Origin: Bacteroidales bacterium
GTDB taxonomy: Bacteria; Bacteroidota; Bacteroidia; Bacteroidales; UBA10428
Reading direction: 5' to 3'
Length of the DNA: 64,000 nucleotides
Assembly: GCA_016931575.1 (NCBI GenBank)
Contig: JAFGEO010000099.1
Location: forward strand, 797 to 64,796
Position 1 is the stretch's first letter; each line of letters begins with the position of its first letter. The position numbers were made by a program, and so were the translations under genes. The notes under the pieces are model-generated. The model worked only from the letters and a program-made list of their open reading frames with translations, made no database searches and had not been told where the DNA came from. Of this stretch, positions 38,227 to 48,490 are shown piece after piece.

Positions 38227-39159
38227 ATGCCAAGCCTAAGTATCGTTATTCCTTTATTCAATGAAGAGAAGAATCTGCCTTACCTGAACCAACGCGTTCA
38301 CGAGGTTATGAAGGAATCTCCACTGGAATGGGAACTCATCTACGTTGATGATGGGAGCACTGATAAAACACTTGAAATCCTGGAAAGCCTTACAGGAAAA
38401 GACCCCTCGGTCAGGGCGATATCCCTTACCCGGAATTTCGGGCACCAGGCAGCACTTATGGCCGGTCTCGATCATGCTGCCTCCGATGCTGTTATTACCA
38501 TGGACGGCGACCTGCAGGATCCACCTGAACTGATCCCGGATTTAGTGAAAAAGTGGCAGGAGGGCTACTCTGTTGTCTATGCCCGCCGTAAAAACTACCG
38601 GCATGATAACCTGCTGAAGCGATGGCTTTCCATGCTGTTTTACTATCTGATCAGGGTGCTGAGGATGACAACCGCTCCGAAGAATGTCGGAGATTTCAGG
38701 TTGATCGAAAAGAGGGTGCTGGAGGAACTGAAGATCATGAGGGAGCGGACGCGGTACCTCCGCGGGATGATCTCGTGGATGGGCTTCTCGTATGCTTTTG
38801 TCGATTATGAGCGTCCCGACCGGAAAAACGGAAAATCAGGCTATAGTTTTGTCCGCCTGATCCGACTGGCAATGGACGGATTCTTCAGCTTTTCGAGGGT
38901 ACCCCTCCGGATAGGCTTGTTCCTGGGGATCTCCAGCATCTTCATCGGCCTGGGTTTTATGGTGTATATGATCGCCGATATCATCATCAACGATGTGTAC
39001 TATCACCTGTATAAACTGCTTGTTGACATCATATTTATCTTTATCGGGTTTTTATTCATCCTGATCTGGATCCTTGGGGAATATATCGGACGGATATATC
39101 ACGAGGTGAAGGGCAGGAACCTGTATATTGTGAACAGGAAAATCAACCTGGAAGAATAG
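38227..39159 (+). CDS. GT2 polyprenyl-phosphate glycosyltransferase (GtrB/ArnC-like)
   Basis: IVIPLFNEE, VDDGSTD, RNFGHQAAL, MDGDLQDPP, GDFRL, two C-terminal TMs, LGEYIGRIY. Confidence 0.92.
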   Translation: MPSLSIVIPLFNEEKNLPYLNQRVHEVMKESPLEWELIYVDDGSTDKTLEILESLTGKDPSVRAISLTRNFGHQAALMAGLDHAASDAVITMDGDLQDPPELIPDLVKKWQEGYSVVYARRKNYRHDNLLKRWLSMLFYYLIRVLRMTTAPKNVGDFRLIEKRVLEELKIMRERTRYLRGMISWMGFSYAFVDYERPDRKNGKSGYSFVRLIRLAMDGFFSFSRVPLRIGLFLGISSIFIGLGFMVYMIADIIINDVYYHLYKLLVDIIFIFIGFLFILIWILGEYIGRIYHEVKGRNLYIVNRKINLEE

Positions 39160-39190
39160 CAGGGGAGGTAAATCCCCCGATTTTTCAGCT

Positions 39191-40336
39191 ATGAGACTAC
39201 TGATCCTTAATTACGAATATCCACCCCTGGGAGGGGGCGCCGGGGTCTGCACCAGGTACCAGGCTGAAGGGCTGGCGGAGCTGGGGCACCGGGTGACTGT
39301 GATTACCACGTGGTTTGAAGGGGAGGAGGATGTTTCCGGAAAAGGGAATCTTGAGGTGATCCGTCTCAGGTCGCTGAGGAGGAAGGAATTCCGTTCCAAT
39401 CCGCTGGAAATGCTTTCCTGGGCGGTCAGGACTTACCGCTATATCCGTCAGCAACAACTTTTTAGAAGGATAGACATTGTACTTGCCCACTTTGCCATAC
39501 CCGGGGGATTGGTGGCCCTGCCCCTGAAGAAACGTTTTAAGGTACCCTACCACATTGTCTCACACGGGCAGGACATACCCTGGTTTTCTCCCCGGGAATT
39601 GTGGTTTTATCACGCACTTCTGTACCTTCCAATCCGCCGGATCTGTCAGTCGGCTGATAAAATTACGGTGCTGTCCGGGAAGCGGCTGTCCGACCTGAAC
39701 CGGCTTACTTCCGCAAAAAGGCACGACAGAAACCGGATAATTCCCAATGGCTGTGATACTGATTTTTTCAAACCTGATCCATCAGCAAAGGACCCCGGCG
39801 AGCTTCGTATTTTATTTGTCGGAAGATTGACCAGGCAGAAGGACCCCATGGTTTTTCTGCAGGCAGCAAGGAAATTGCAGGCCCCGGGTACCTCCTTTTC
39901 CATAGAAATTATCGGCGATGGCCCGCTGCGTCGGAAAATGGAAGCCTTTGTTAAAAAACACGGACTGGCTCCGACGGTCAGCTTTACCGGATGGCTTTCA
40001 AAATCGGAACTTCTGAAAAGATACCAGGCTGCCCACCTGCTGGTGGTTACATCCCGCCATGAGGGGATGTCGCTGGCTCTCATGGAAGCCCTGGCAACCG
40101 GGATGTATGTGATCAGCACACCGGTAAGTGGAAGTGAAGGGCTCATTGAATCCGGGATGAACGGGGAATTCATTGCCTTCGGGGATGTGGACGGACTGGT
40201 TTGTGAGGTGCAAAAATTCAGCAACGCAAAATCCCTGTCAGCCTCTCAGCCCGAACCGGAATTTTTGAGCAGTCTGCGCAAGCGGATAAGCTGGACGAAT
40301 TATGTAAAGGCATACCACCAATTAATACAGGAATGA
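39191..40336 (+). CDS. GT4 glycosyltransferase
   Basis: NYEYPPLGGGAG, IPNG.D, FVGRL..QK, EGMSLALMEA. Confidence 0.9.
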   Translation: MRLLILNYEYPPLGGGAGVCTRYQAEGLAELGHRVTVITTWFEGEEDVSGKGNLEVIRLRSLRRKEFRSNPLEMLSWAVRTYRYIRQQQLFRRIDIVLAHFAIPGGLVALPLKKRFKVPYHIVSHGQDIPWFSPRELWFYHALLYLPIRRICQSADKITVLSGKRLSDLNRLTSAKRHDRNRIIPNGCDTDFFKPDPSAKDPGELRILFVGRLTRQKDPMVFLQAARKLQAPGTSFSIEIIGDGPLRRKMEAFVKKHGLAPTVSFTGWLSKSELLKRYQAAHLLVVTSRHEGMSLALMEALATGMYVISTPVSGSEGLIESGMNGEFIAFGDVDGLVCEVQKFSNAKSLSASQPEPEFLSSLRKRISWTNYVKAYHQLIQE

Positions 40337-41382
40337 AGGTACTCTATCTGATCGATAATTATTCACTGGGTGGCGCACAGACCATCGTAAAGGGTATCCT
40401 GGAGCATCCGCAATCAGGGGATACAAGCTATGCATACGCCCTGCGGAAAAAGTTACCGCAACTTCCCGTAAACAATCATCTGGCAATCTGTGCCGGCAGC
40501 TCCTCAAAATACAGCTTCAGGCCCCTGCGTTTCCTGCGGAATTTTATCATGGAAAATGAAATTGAAGTCATTCATTGCCAGCTGCCCCGCTCCATCCTGA
40601 TAGGCTACCTGCTTAAAAGGCGTTTTCCCCACCTGCGGTATGTGATCCATGAGCAGGGGGATGTTTTTGAATCTGCCCTGTATGCAAGGCTTCTCAGGAT
40701 TTTCCGGCGCAGGGCCGATGGCATTCTTGCATGTTCCGAAGCTACCCGGGATATGCTCCGTTCCCGGGCAGGGATCCCCGGGGAGAGAGTCAGGGTGCTC
40801 TACAACTTTGTGGATACAAAGCGCTTTTCACCGGCTCCGCTTCAGAAGGATGGTACCTTCAGGGTGGCATTTTCCGGTCGGGTGGAGAGGCGCAAAGGGT
40901 GGAGGGAGTTTGTCCGGATGGCGGAATTTTTCCAGGAGGATGGGGGCATAGAGTTTCTCATGGCAGGAACCGGCTCCGAGACGGGTGAACTTGAAAAAAT
41001 GCTGAAGGTGAAAAACCTGCCAAACCTGAAATACCTGGGGTTTATCCCTGATGTGGAGAATTTTTATCGCTCGGTGGGGCTTTTAGTTATACCTTCACAT
41101 TTCGAACCTATGGGCATGGTGGCTATTGAGGCTATGGCATCCGGGGTGCTTGTTCTGGCGGCAGATGTTCCGGGTCTGAACGAGGTGGTCAGGCATCAGC
41201 AAAACGGATGGTGTTACCCCGTATTTTCGGAGGAAAAGCTCGTTGACAGTGTGAGGATGATACGCAATCTGCCCGCGGAAACTTTGAAAGATTTTCGAAA
41301 CACCGCGGTACAGAGCGCTGAGAGCTTTTCGCTGGAGCACTTTCTTAAGGAACTGAATGTATTTTACAGGACACTTTCATAA
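40333..41382 (+). CDS. GT4 glycosyltransferase
   Basis: LGGAQ, GRVERRKG, PSHFEPMGMVAIEAMA. Confidence 0.9.
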   Translation: MKVLYLIDNYSLGGAQTIVKGILEHPQSGDTSYAYALRKKLPQLPVNNHLAICAGSSSKYSFRPLRFLRNFIMENEIEVIHCQLPRSILIGYLLKRRFPHLRYVIHEQGDVFESALYARLLRIFRRRADGILACSEATRDMLRSRAGIPGERVRVLYNFVDTKRFSPAPLQKDGTFRVAFSGRVERRKGWREFVRMAEFFQEDGGIEFLMAGTGSETGELEKMLKVKNLPNLKYLGFIPDVENFYRSVGLLVIPSHFEPMGMVAIEAMASGVLVLAADVPGLNEVVRHQQNGWCYPVFSEEKLVDSVRMIRNLPAETLKDFRNTAVQSAESFSLEHFLKELNVFYRTLS

Positions 41383-41400
41383 TATCAACCGACCACCGAA

Positions 41401-42468
41401 TTGAGAACCGATCTGCAACATATCCGCAAGTTAACTTTTTTCTTCATCCTGGGAAGACCTCGTTCGGGAACTACCCTGTTGCGAACCCTGATGGATGCTC
41501 ATCCCAATGTTATTATCCCACTGGAAAATTCAGGACTGATACACCTGTATTTCAAATACAGGAAGGTGAAAACCTGGAATGAAACGCGGTTGAGGGAAAT
41601 CATCCGCGATTTCAGAACGCTGATCCGGGTGGAAAGCTGGAACCTTGATTGGGAGCGATTGGACAGGCAGGTAAAGGGAATGGCAGACCTTGATATTGGA
41701 TTCACGGATATCATAAAGATCATCTATGGGCATTTCAACTCGGAATTTGAAAAGGAGGCCATCACCTGTTTAGGGGATAAAACCCCTTTCAATTCCTTGT
41801 ATGGCGCGGAGATCTTTAAAATATTCCCCGGGGCGAAGTACATTCACATGCTACGTGACTACCGGGCCAACCTGGCCTCTATGAAACAGCACGATGTTTT
41901 TTCTCCGAGTGAGACCGGAATGCTCATGCAGTGGAAAAAATCTACCCGCCGGATAAGCCGTCTGGCTAAGGATCATCCGGAACAGTATCTGCAGCTCCGG
42001 TATGAAGACCTGGTCACCAGGCCCGAACAGTGCTTTGAGCAGGTATGCAACTTTCTTGGTATAGTATATCAGCCGGAATTGCTGGATGCGAAAAACCGAC
42101 AGGCAGCCATTTCGAAGATCTATAACCAGGAATTTATCACCAATTGGCAGTCGGACCTCGCCGGGGATATCAAACCCGATAACATCGATAAATGGAAAAA
42201 GACATTGAACAGCGGCTCCGTTCGTAAGGCAGACTACATTGCAGGGAAGACAGGCATACCGTTTCAGTATCTGCCCGTGTACGAGAGGTTTAGCTTCGCC
42301 TTTATCATGATGACAGAACTGAAAATCTTGTTGTTCCGCCTGAATGAGGTCAACCGTCATATTTTCGACCGCCTGCCGTGGAAGTGGAAGATCAGGATCA
42401 AAAACCGTAAGGTGAAACTTATTCCCGGACTGATTATCCGATACCGAAAGCGATTTGAAAGAGACTAA
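41401..42468 (+). CDS. Sulfotransferase (PAPS-dependent)
   Basis: GRPRSGTTLLR..DAHP (5'-PSB), GDKTP, IHMLRD (3'-PB), RYEDLV..PE. Confidence 0.9.
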   Translation: MRTDLQHIRKLTFFFILGRPRSGTTLLRTLMDAHPNVIIPLENSGLIHLYFKYRKVKTWNETRLREIIRDFRTLIRVESWNLDWERLDRQVKGMADLDIGFTDIIKIIYGHFNSEFEKEAITCLGDKTPFNSLYGAEIFKIFPGAKYIHMLRDYRANLASMKQHDVFSPSETGMLMQWKKSTRRISRLAKDHPEQYLQLRYEDLVTRPEQCFEQVCNFLGIVYQPELLDAKNRQAAISKIYNQEFITNWQSDLAGDIKPDNIDKWKKTLNSGSVRKADYIAGKTGIPFQYLPVYERFSFAFIMMTELKILLFRLNEVNRHIFDRLPWKWKIRIKNRKVKLIPGLIIRYRKRFERD

Positions 42469-43573
42469 GCCCATACTGTTCATTGCCCCGGTCGACTGGA
42501 ACTATTATCCTTACCGCGACCAGGAACTGCCCGAGGCTTTATCCCTCCGGGGATACGATGTCGTTTACCTGAACCCTGTCCGATACAGTGGACATGAGGA
42601 TGCCAGCCGTTTCACTCAGGTAAATATCAGGGATAAAAACGGGCACATCCGCGTAATCGATCGTTCAAGCCCCTGGCAGAAAGGATTTCCCGAGTTTATT
42701 CGTGAGAATATTCAGAATATCCGCGCTATTGCCCGGCATAAACCCGCAGCAGTCGTCAGCACCGACCATTTGATGGCTGTCGGGGCATGCCTCTACTGCA
42801 GGATCAAAGGCATCCGTTTTATTTTTGACGTCACCGACGATTGGGAAGCAGTTGACACGAGTCTTGCCGGGAAAGTGTACCGCCGGATAATCAAACCCCT
42901 TCTGGCCCGCTTCTCCTATGCGGTGTGCGCCAGCAGCCAGAGGCAATATGATAATTTCAGCAAAAGGCGCAGGACAGGAACTTACCTGATCTCAAACGGG
43001 GTTAATCCCAAAACCGTTGAAAGCCTGCAGGAACTTCCGGTAGTGACGGCTGAGGAGCGGGAGGTGAATTTTATCGGCAGCCTGCGCGACTGGTACGATT
43101 TTGAGATGCTTTTCCGGGTTTTCAGGCGGTATCCACAGCTGAACCTGAATATCTACGGTGACGGACCCTTGTATCCTCACCTGAAGGAAATGGCAGCCGG
43201 CATTTCCAACATACGTCTGAAAGGGAGCATTGAGAACCGCCATGTGCCGGGAATCCTGGCCAAAAGTCTTTTCGGTGTATTGCCCCTAAAAATGAATACG
43301 CTCAACCAGTCCACCTGCCCCATAAAACTTTTTGACTACTGGGCAGCCTCCAAAGCAGTGATTGCCTCTCCGCTGGCGGAAGTCAGAAGGGTAGGGGGAG
43401 ATAGCCTCCTTTACGCCGAAAGTGAAGCTGAATTTACTGATGCCGTAAAACGCCTGCTGGAAGACAGTGCTCTTCGGAAATTGCTGGGTGGAGCGGGAAG
43501 GAAAAAGGTTGAACAGGTCCATAATTATGAATACATCACGCAGCAATTTTTAAAAATTCTGGAAGGGAAATAG
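42455..43573 (+). CDS. GT4-like glycosyltransferase (TuaH-like)
   Basis: FDVTDDW, ISNGV, FIGSL.DW.D, PIKLFDYWA..K.VI. Confidence 0.85.
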   Translation: MKETKPILFIAPVDWNYYPYRDQELPEALSLRGYDVVYLNPVRYSGHEDASRFTQVNIRDKNGHIRVIDRSSPWQKGFPEFIRENIQNIRAIARHKPAAVVSTDHLMAVGACLYCRIKGIRFIFDVTDDWEAVDTSLAGKVYRRIIKPLLARFSYAVCASSQRQYDNFSKRRRTGTYLISNGVNPKTVESLQELPVVTAEEREVNFIGSLRDWYDFEMLFRVFRRYPQLNLNIYGDGPLYPHLKEMAAGISNIRLKGSIENRHVPGILAKSLFGVLPLKMNTLNQSTCPIKLFDYWAASKAVIASPLAEVRRVGGDSLLYAESEAEFTDAVKRLLEDSALRKLLGGAGRKKVEQVHNYEYITQQFLKILEGK

Positions 43574-43575
43574 GA

Positions 43576-44868
43576 GTGGAAAAGCGCAGCATATTTAACA
43601 ATATCATGCGGATATTCTCAACGAATGTACTGGTGATCGTCCTGGTGGTCATTGGGGGGATCATCCTGCCCCGGCTTTTGAACCCGGTTTCGCTGGGGCG
43701 CCTGAATGCCTTGCTCGCCCTCGTAACCATTGTTTACAGTTTTACCTTCCTGGGCATGCGGTCCTCGCTCGTCATGCACCTGGGACGAGCCGGATTTGAG
43801 AAGAAGGATATCTACCGGGGTACCGCATGGATATTTCTTTTTTCCGTGTTACTCTCAATCCTTAGCCTGCTCTTTTTTCTTTTTTTCATAAGCACGGATC
43901 AATATTCGGTATGGATCATTGTTCTGGTCTGCCTGATCAATCCCTTCGAATTCCTGATCGGCTATATGCAGGGGATCAACCTGGCCCGCAGCAATATCGG
44001 GAGGTACAACCGGCTCAAGTGGATTCCCGGCCTCGTTTACCTGATGGCCATTGGCCTGTTCCTGGGGGTATTTCAGCTGCAGGTTAAAGGTGCCCTGATT
44101 GCTGCCATCCTGGCTAACCTCATTACGGTCCTTATCTACCTGAGGATCTCAAAGCCCGATCTGCCTGTATTCCGCCGGGGGGAATTCCCGCTGAAGGCAA
44201 TAAAGTCGCTGGTAAGCTATGGTAGTCTTTTCGCCCTCTCATTTCTTATCACACGCCTGAACCACAAAATTGACATCCTCATCCTTAAGCGGCTTAGCGA
44301 TCTCGCCGAAGTGGGTTACTATTCCCTGGGGGTTAATGTAGCAGAGATGATCTGGCAGATCCCCATTGCCGTTGGCATCATCCTGATGACACAATCGGCA
44401 GTGAATGAAAATCAGCGGCTGGTTACCCGCCAGGTATGTTCCTCCCTCCGGGTCTCCATGCTGGTAGTAGTGTTGGCCTCCCTGATATTGTTTGCATTGG
44501 CACCGGTACTGGTTCGACTGGCTTTTGGGGAACGCTATTTGCCTTCTGCGGGAATTATCCGGGCAATCCTTCCGGGTATTGTTTTTTTTGTCATCCTGAA
44601 GATTATCAACAGCCAGTTTATCGGCACGGGCAAACCCCAGTTAACCTTGCTAGCACTGTTACCCTCGCTGCTGGTAAACATCGGACTCAACTTCATCCTG
44701 ATACCAAGGTACGAAGGGATAGGGGCAGCCATCGCCACCAACATAAGTTATTTTATTGCTTCCCTGTTATTAGTGCTGGTATATGCCCGAACCTTCCGGG
44801 TTCCCTTTGTTGAGATCTTCAGGTACCGCAGCAGTGATTTTTATTTTCTGAGGAAGATACGGTTCTGA
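43576..44868 (+). CDS. Wzx-type polysaccharide flippase
   Basis: About 12 TM segments; KIDILIL, EVGYYS, FGERY, VNIGLNFILIP..GIGAAIAT. Confidence 0.9.
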   Translation: MEKRSIFNNIMRIFSTNVLVIVLVVIGGIILPRLLNPVSLGRLNALLALVTIVYSFTFLGMRSSLVMHLGRAGFEKKDIYRGTAWIFLFSVLLSILSLLFFLFFISTDQYSVWIIVLVCLINPFEFLIGYMQGINLARSNIGRYNRLKWIPGLVYLMAIGLFLGVFQLQVKGALIAAILANLITVLIYLRISKPDLPVFRRGEFPLKAIKSLVSYGSLFALSFLITRLNHKIDILILKRLSDLAEVGYYSLGVNVAEMIWQIPIAVGIILMTQSAVNENQRLVTRQVCSSLRVSMLVVVLASLILFALAPVLVRLAFGERYLPSAGIIRAILPGIVFFVILKIINSQFIGTGKPQLTLLALLPSLLVNIGLNFILIPRYEGIGAAIATNISYFIASLLLVLVYARTFRVPFVEIFRYRSSDFYFLRKIRF

Positions 44869-45043
44869 GAGGGTTGCAGTTCTTGTTCCTCCTCCTGTTC
44901 ATAATTGCTTGCGCCCGGCAGGGCCTTTTCAGCAACCTTCTCTGTGACCCGGTGTATTCCTTCCTGTTCCCTGTGGTAAAAAAACAAGTGTATTCGGATA
45001 TTAGAGATCAACTTCCACTATATTTGAACTCATAAATGCACAG

Positions 45044-46267
45044 ATGAAGGATCCCATGTCAACGATCAGAAAAGTGTATATTGCTTCCAACGGATGTAAC
45101 CGTCGTTTGCTCGATGCCGAAAGGCTTGAGCGGTATTTTAGGGCAAATGGCTGGCTAATCACCGACAGCCCGAAGAATGCCGATTATAAGCTGTTCTTCG
45201 CCAGTGCCCTCAATCGTGTACGTATCGATGAATCCTTTGATATCATTTCCAGGCTTGCCGGATTTCCCGGAGAGACCATCGTGCTGGGCTGCCTGATGGA
45301 AGTAGCTCCCTATGAATTCAGTCAGCGCTGGGATGGTAAGGCAATTGCCGTTAAGGATATGGACGCGATCGATCAGGTTTTTTCAGACTTCAGCGTAAAG
45401 TATCGCGACATACCCCTAAGCAATACCCCGATGCCTTCGCGTAATATCTATAAAACAGTCAGTCCTTCAGAATTCATCAAACAAAGGCTGTCCCTGGCCA
45501 TCTCCCCTGCACGCCTCGGGGATAAGGTTTACAGCTATTTTAATCGCGAAAAGAAGGAGAATTACCAGTCTACCTTTATCTGGGTAAGTGCAGGTTGTCC
45601 CAATAAATGTTCTTTTTGTGCCGAACGGAAAGTGGTGGGCGACCTGGTAAGCCGTCCCATGAACGATATTGTTAATGAATACCGGAAGCTGCTGGAGGCA
45701 GGTAAAAGGAGCTTTGAATTTATAGGCGACGATGTGGGTTCCTACGGTCTGGATACCGGTACCCATCTTCCGGATCTGATCAGTCGGCTGTCTGAGGCAG
45801 ATAAAGGATATCAGGTTAACTGGGTGATCAAACACCTGCATCCTAAATTTGTTATAAAATATCAGAAAGACCTGATTCAGGTCGCAAAGGACGGAAAAGT
45901 CAAAGAAATCATTTGCTGTTTCCAGAGCGGGAGCAACCGACTCTTAGAGCTAATGAACCGGCAACATACCATTGAGCAGGTCATCGACACCCTCACCGAT
46001 ATCCGCAAGGTGCTGCCGGAAATTAAGCTGGCGACCAATATTATCGTGGGCTTTCCGACAGAGACGGAAGAGGAATTCGACCAGACTTTGCAAGTCTTCG
46101 ATAAGGTGTACTTCGACAGGGTACATATGATAAAATATTATGATGCGGAAGGTTCCGACTCACATACGCTCGAGCCGAAAGTATCCGGCGAAGCAATTAA
46201 GGCACGTATTGCCAGGGCAAAACATTTTCTTAAAAAGCGTAACATTTATTTTCAAACACGGGACTGA
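45044..46267 (+). CDS. MiaB/RimO-like radical SAM protein lacking a TRAM domain
   Basis: UPF0004-like N-terminus (GC...LGC), CPNKCSFC, SRP, QSGSNRLL..MNR, IIVGFPTETEEEF; own TATATTTG promoter near 45019. Confidence 0.85.
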   Translation: MKDPMSTIRKVYIASNGCNRRLLDAERLERYFRANGWLITDSPKNADYKLFFASALNRVRIDESFDIISRLAGFPGETIVLGCLMEVAPYEFSQRWDGKAIAVKDMDAIDQVFSDFSVKYRDIPLSNTPMPSRNIYKTVSPSEFIKQRLSLAISPARLGDKVYSYFNREKKENYQSTFIWVSAGCPNKCSFCAERKVVGDLVSRPMNDIVNEYRKLLEAGKRSFEFIGDDVGSYGLDTGTHLPDLISRLSEADKGYQVNWVIKHLHPKFVIKYQKDLIQVAKDGKVKEIICCFQSGSNRLLELMNRQHTIEQVIDTLTDIRKVLPEIKLATNIIVGFPTETEEEFDQTLQVFDKVYFDRVHMIKYYDAEGSDSHTLEPKVSGEAIKARIARAKHFLKKRNIYFQTRD

Positions 46268-46270
46268 TCC

Positions 46271-47533
46271 ATGCAGCGGAGAATAGCCATATTACATGCC
46301 CATAATACTTATAATAACGGATCATTCATGATGCTGTTGAATTTTATGTGGTACTATGTGAAGCATGCCCCTCAGGGCAGTGAGATCAGTTTTTATATTG
46401 AACTCGATGGGGAGGATAACTTTCGCCGTGTGATGGACCATATCGATTTCACGGCCTTTCCTGATAAAGAGGTGCATATTGAGAAGCTGCCATTGCGGAT
46501 CACCTCAGCAGACGATTCCCCATTACTGGTGAAACTGTTTCGACTGTTCCCAAAATTTTTCCGGCACCCCCTGTTTTTCAGGAAGCTGGGAATACGAACC
46601 ATCGTTATTCTGGGTGGTGACGATATCAGTGAGTACTATAAAAGATGGATGATCCTGTCCGACCTTTACCGTATCCGGCGATATACAAATAGTTTTAACA
46701 CCATCCTCGCCGGACAGACTATTGGACCTTTTTCAGGTTACCGTGGAAAACTGGCTGGCTGGTGCCTTAGGAAAGCCATCCATTATACCCGCGACCCGCT
46801 GACCAGGGATTACCTGGTCAATACGCTGCATGTGCCTGAAGAGCGGGTGCATGAGGCTGCAGACCTGTGCTTTCCCGATCTGCCCTTCCAGGAGGAGGGA
46901 AAAAACGATCTTGCGAACTATCACCTGAGCCCCAATCATTACATCACCCTGGTTCCGGGAGGCTTCATTTCGCTTTACACTAATGATGCAAAACAGTATA
47001 TCAGGGCCTGGACATTCTTCCTGAGGCAGTTGCTGAAAGACGAAAATTTCACCCGGTACAAGCTGCTGTTGCTTCCGCATGTAACACGCCCCGAAGATGA
47101 CCGGAAGATGATCCGGGAAATCATGGATGAACTGGCTCCCGGCGTAACAAAGGGCCGTGTCATTGCCATAGAAGAAGAACTGTATCCACAGGTGCTCAGG
47201 CAGATACTGGGCATGGGCTTCTGTACCATTAGTTCACGAATGCATGCAGCCCTGTCTACCTTTCAAATGCGAAAACCCGCCATAGCCCTGGGCTATTCTG
47301 TGAAATATTCAGGGGTTGTTGGCGCATCGCTTCAACTGCCGGCACTGGTGGTAAATTGCACGGCCAGACTTTTAAGTCAGCCGGAAGAGTTTGCATCTGA
47401 AGTGATGTCGAGGCTGAGGCTCGTGGCTTCCGGTTATACTGAATTGAAGAAACGTCTGGATAAAAGGATACCCCAACTGCAAAAACTTGCCGAAGAGGAA
47501 TTGGCCGGCATAGTAAGCATTTCAGGGAAATAA
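46271..47533 (+). CDS. Polysaccharide pyruvyltransferase (WcaK/AmsJ-like)
   Basis: N.GS.MM, GGDDISE.Y, GQTIGPF, TRD, ADL, SRMHA, YSVK. Confidence 0.85.
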   Translation: MQRRIAILHAHNTYNNGSFMMLLNFMWYYVKHAPQGSEISFYIELDGEDNFRRVMDHIDFTAFPDKEVHIEKLPLRITSADDSPLLVKLFRLFPKFFRHPLFFRKLGIRTIVILGGDDISEYYKRWMILSDLYRIRRYTNSFNTILAGQTIGPFSGYRGKLAGWCLRKAIHYTRDPLTRDYLVNTLHVPEERVHEAADLCFPDLPFQEEGKNDLANYHLSPNHYITLVPGGFISLYTNDAKQYIRAWTFFLRQLLKDENFTRYKLLLLPHVTRPEDDRKMIREIMDELAPGVTKGRVIAIEEELYPQVLRQILGMGFCTISSRMHAALSTFQMRKPAIALGYSVKYSGVVGASLQLPALVVNCTARLLSQPEEFASEVMSRLRLVASGYTELKKRLDKRIPQLQKLAEEELAGIVSISGK

Positions 47534-47545
47534 TGGATAATTGGC

Positions 47546-48439
47546 ATGCGAAGAAACCATCTGGAAGCAAGTCTGGCAATTACAACCACCGTGGGTTGCA
47601 GAAACCTTTGCACTTACTGCCCGCAAAAAGTTTTCCTGCAGGCCTATAAAAAACGCTCTGACATTACCAGCATGTCGATGGAAACATTTGTCCGGTGCCT
47701 GTCTGCTCTGCCCGGGGACCTCTGTCTTTCTTTCTCCGGCTTTTCAGAACCCTGGCAAAATCCCCGGTGTACCGACATGGTCCTGTATGCTTCTGAGAAA
47801 GGCTTTCCGGTGAGGGTAAATACCACCCTGATCGGTTTGCAGCCGGAAGACATTATCAGGATGGCATCGGTTCCCTTTCTTAAGTTTGTAATCCATCTAC
47901 CTGATGATCAAGGGCAAACAAGGATCAAGGTGGATGAAAACTACCTGACGGTGGTGGAACAGCTGGCATCGTCACCTCTTTCCAACCTGTTTTGGAAGTT
48001 TCACCGGTCATCCCCGGGAATCAACATCCATCCCGGGGTGCTTCCGCTCCTCGACGGACAGGGGAGCAGGATGATGCTTACCGGGCTGAATAACAGGGCC
48101 GGGCACGTGGACTCCGGAACAGCACGTAAACTTCCAAACAAGGGGAAGGTATTGCAGGATTGCCAGGACTTTCGTCACAATATCCTGCTGCCGAACGGAG
48201 AAGTAGCCCTGTGCCATATGGATTGGTCGCTAAAGCACATACTCGGGAACCTCCTGGAGGAAAGCTATGCCCAAATTCATGCGGGGAAAGAATTCTCCCT
48301 GTTGAAATCAGGTCTGCCGGATACGCGGTCCGAAATTTTGTGCCGCTCCTGTGAGAAGGACATCGTGAAGCGCAGCCTGGCGCAGCGCATGTTCCGGTAT
48401 GTATCCAAACAACTTACAGGCTATCGGGATCCGTATTGA
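47546..48439 (+). CDS. Radical SAM protein with Twitch/SPASM domain
   Basis: CRNLCTYCPQ, SGFSEP, NNRAG, C...LPNGEVALCHMD...LGNL...CRSC. Confidence 0.88.
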   Translation: MRRNHLEASLAITTTVGCRNLCTYCPQKVFLQAYKKRSDITSMSMETFVRCLSALPGDLCLSFSGFSEPWQNPRCTDMVLYASEKGFPVRVNTTLIGLQPEDIIRMASVPFLKFVIHLPDDQGQTRIKVDENYLTVVEQLASSPLSNLFWKFHRSSPGINIHPGVLPLLDGQGSRMMLTGLNNRAGHVDSGTARKLPNKGKVLQDCQDFRHNILLPNGEVALCHMDWSLKHILGNLLEESYAQIHAGKEFSLLKSGLPDTRSEILCRSCEKDIVKRSLAQRMFRYVSKQLTGYRDPY

Positions 48440-48490
48440 CAACCCCCTCGCAGGTTTCCCTGCCGGTAGTCATGTTCTCAGAATAAAGGC

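Noticed and set aside
45044-46267. Calling this gene miaB, rimO or mtaB
   Set aside because: It lacks the TRAM domain and one auxiliary Cys, and the context is glycan biosynthesis.
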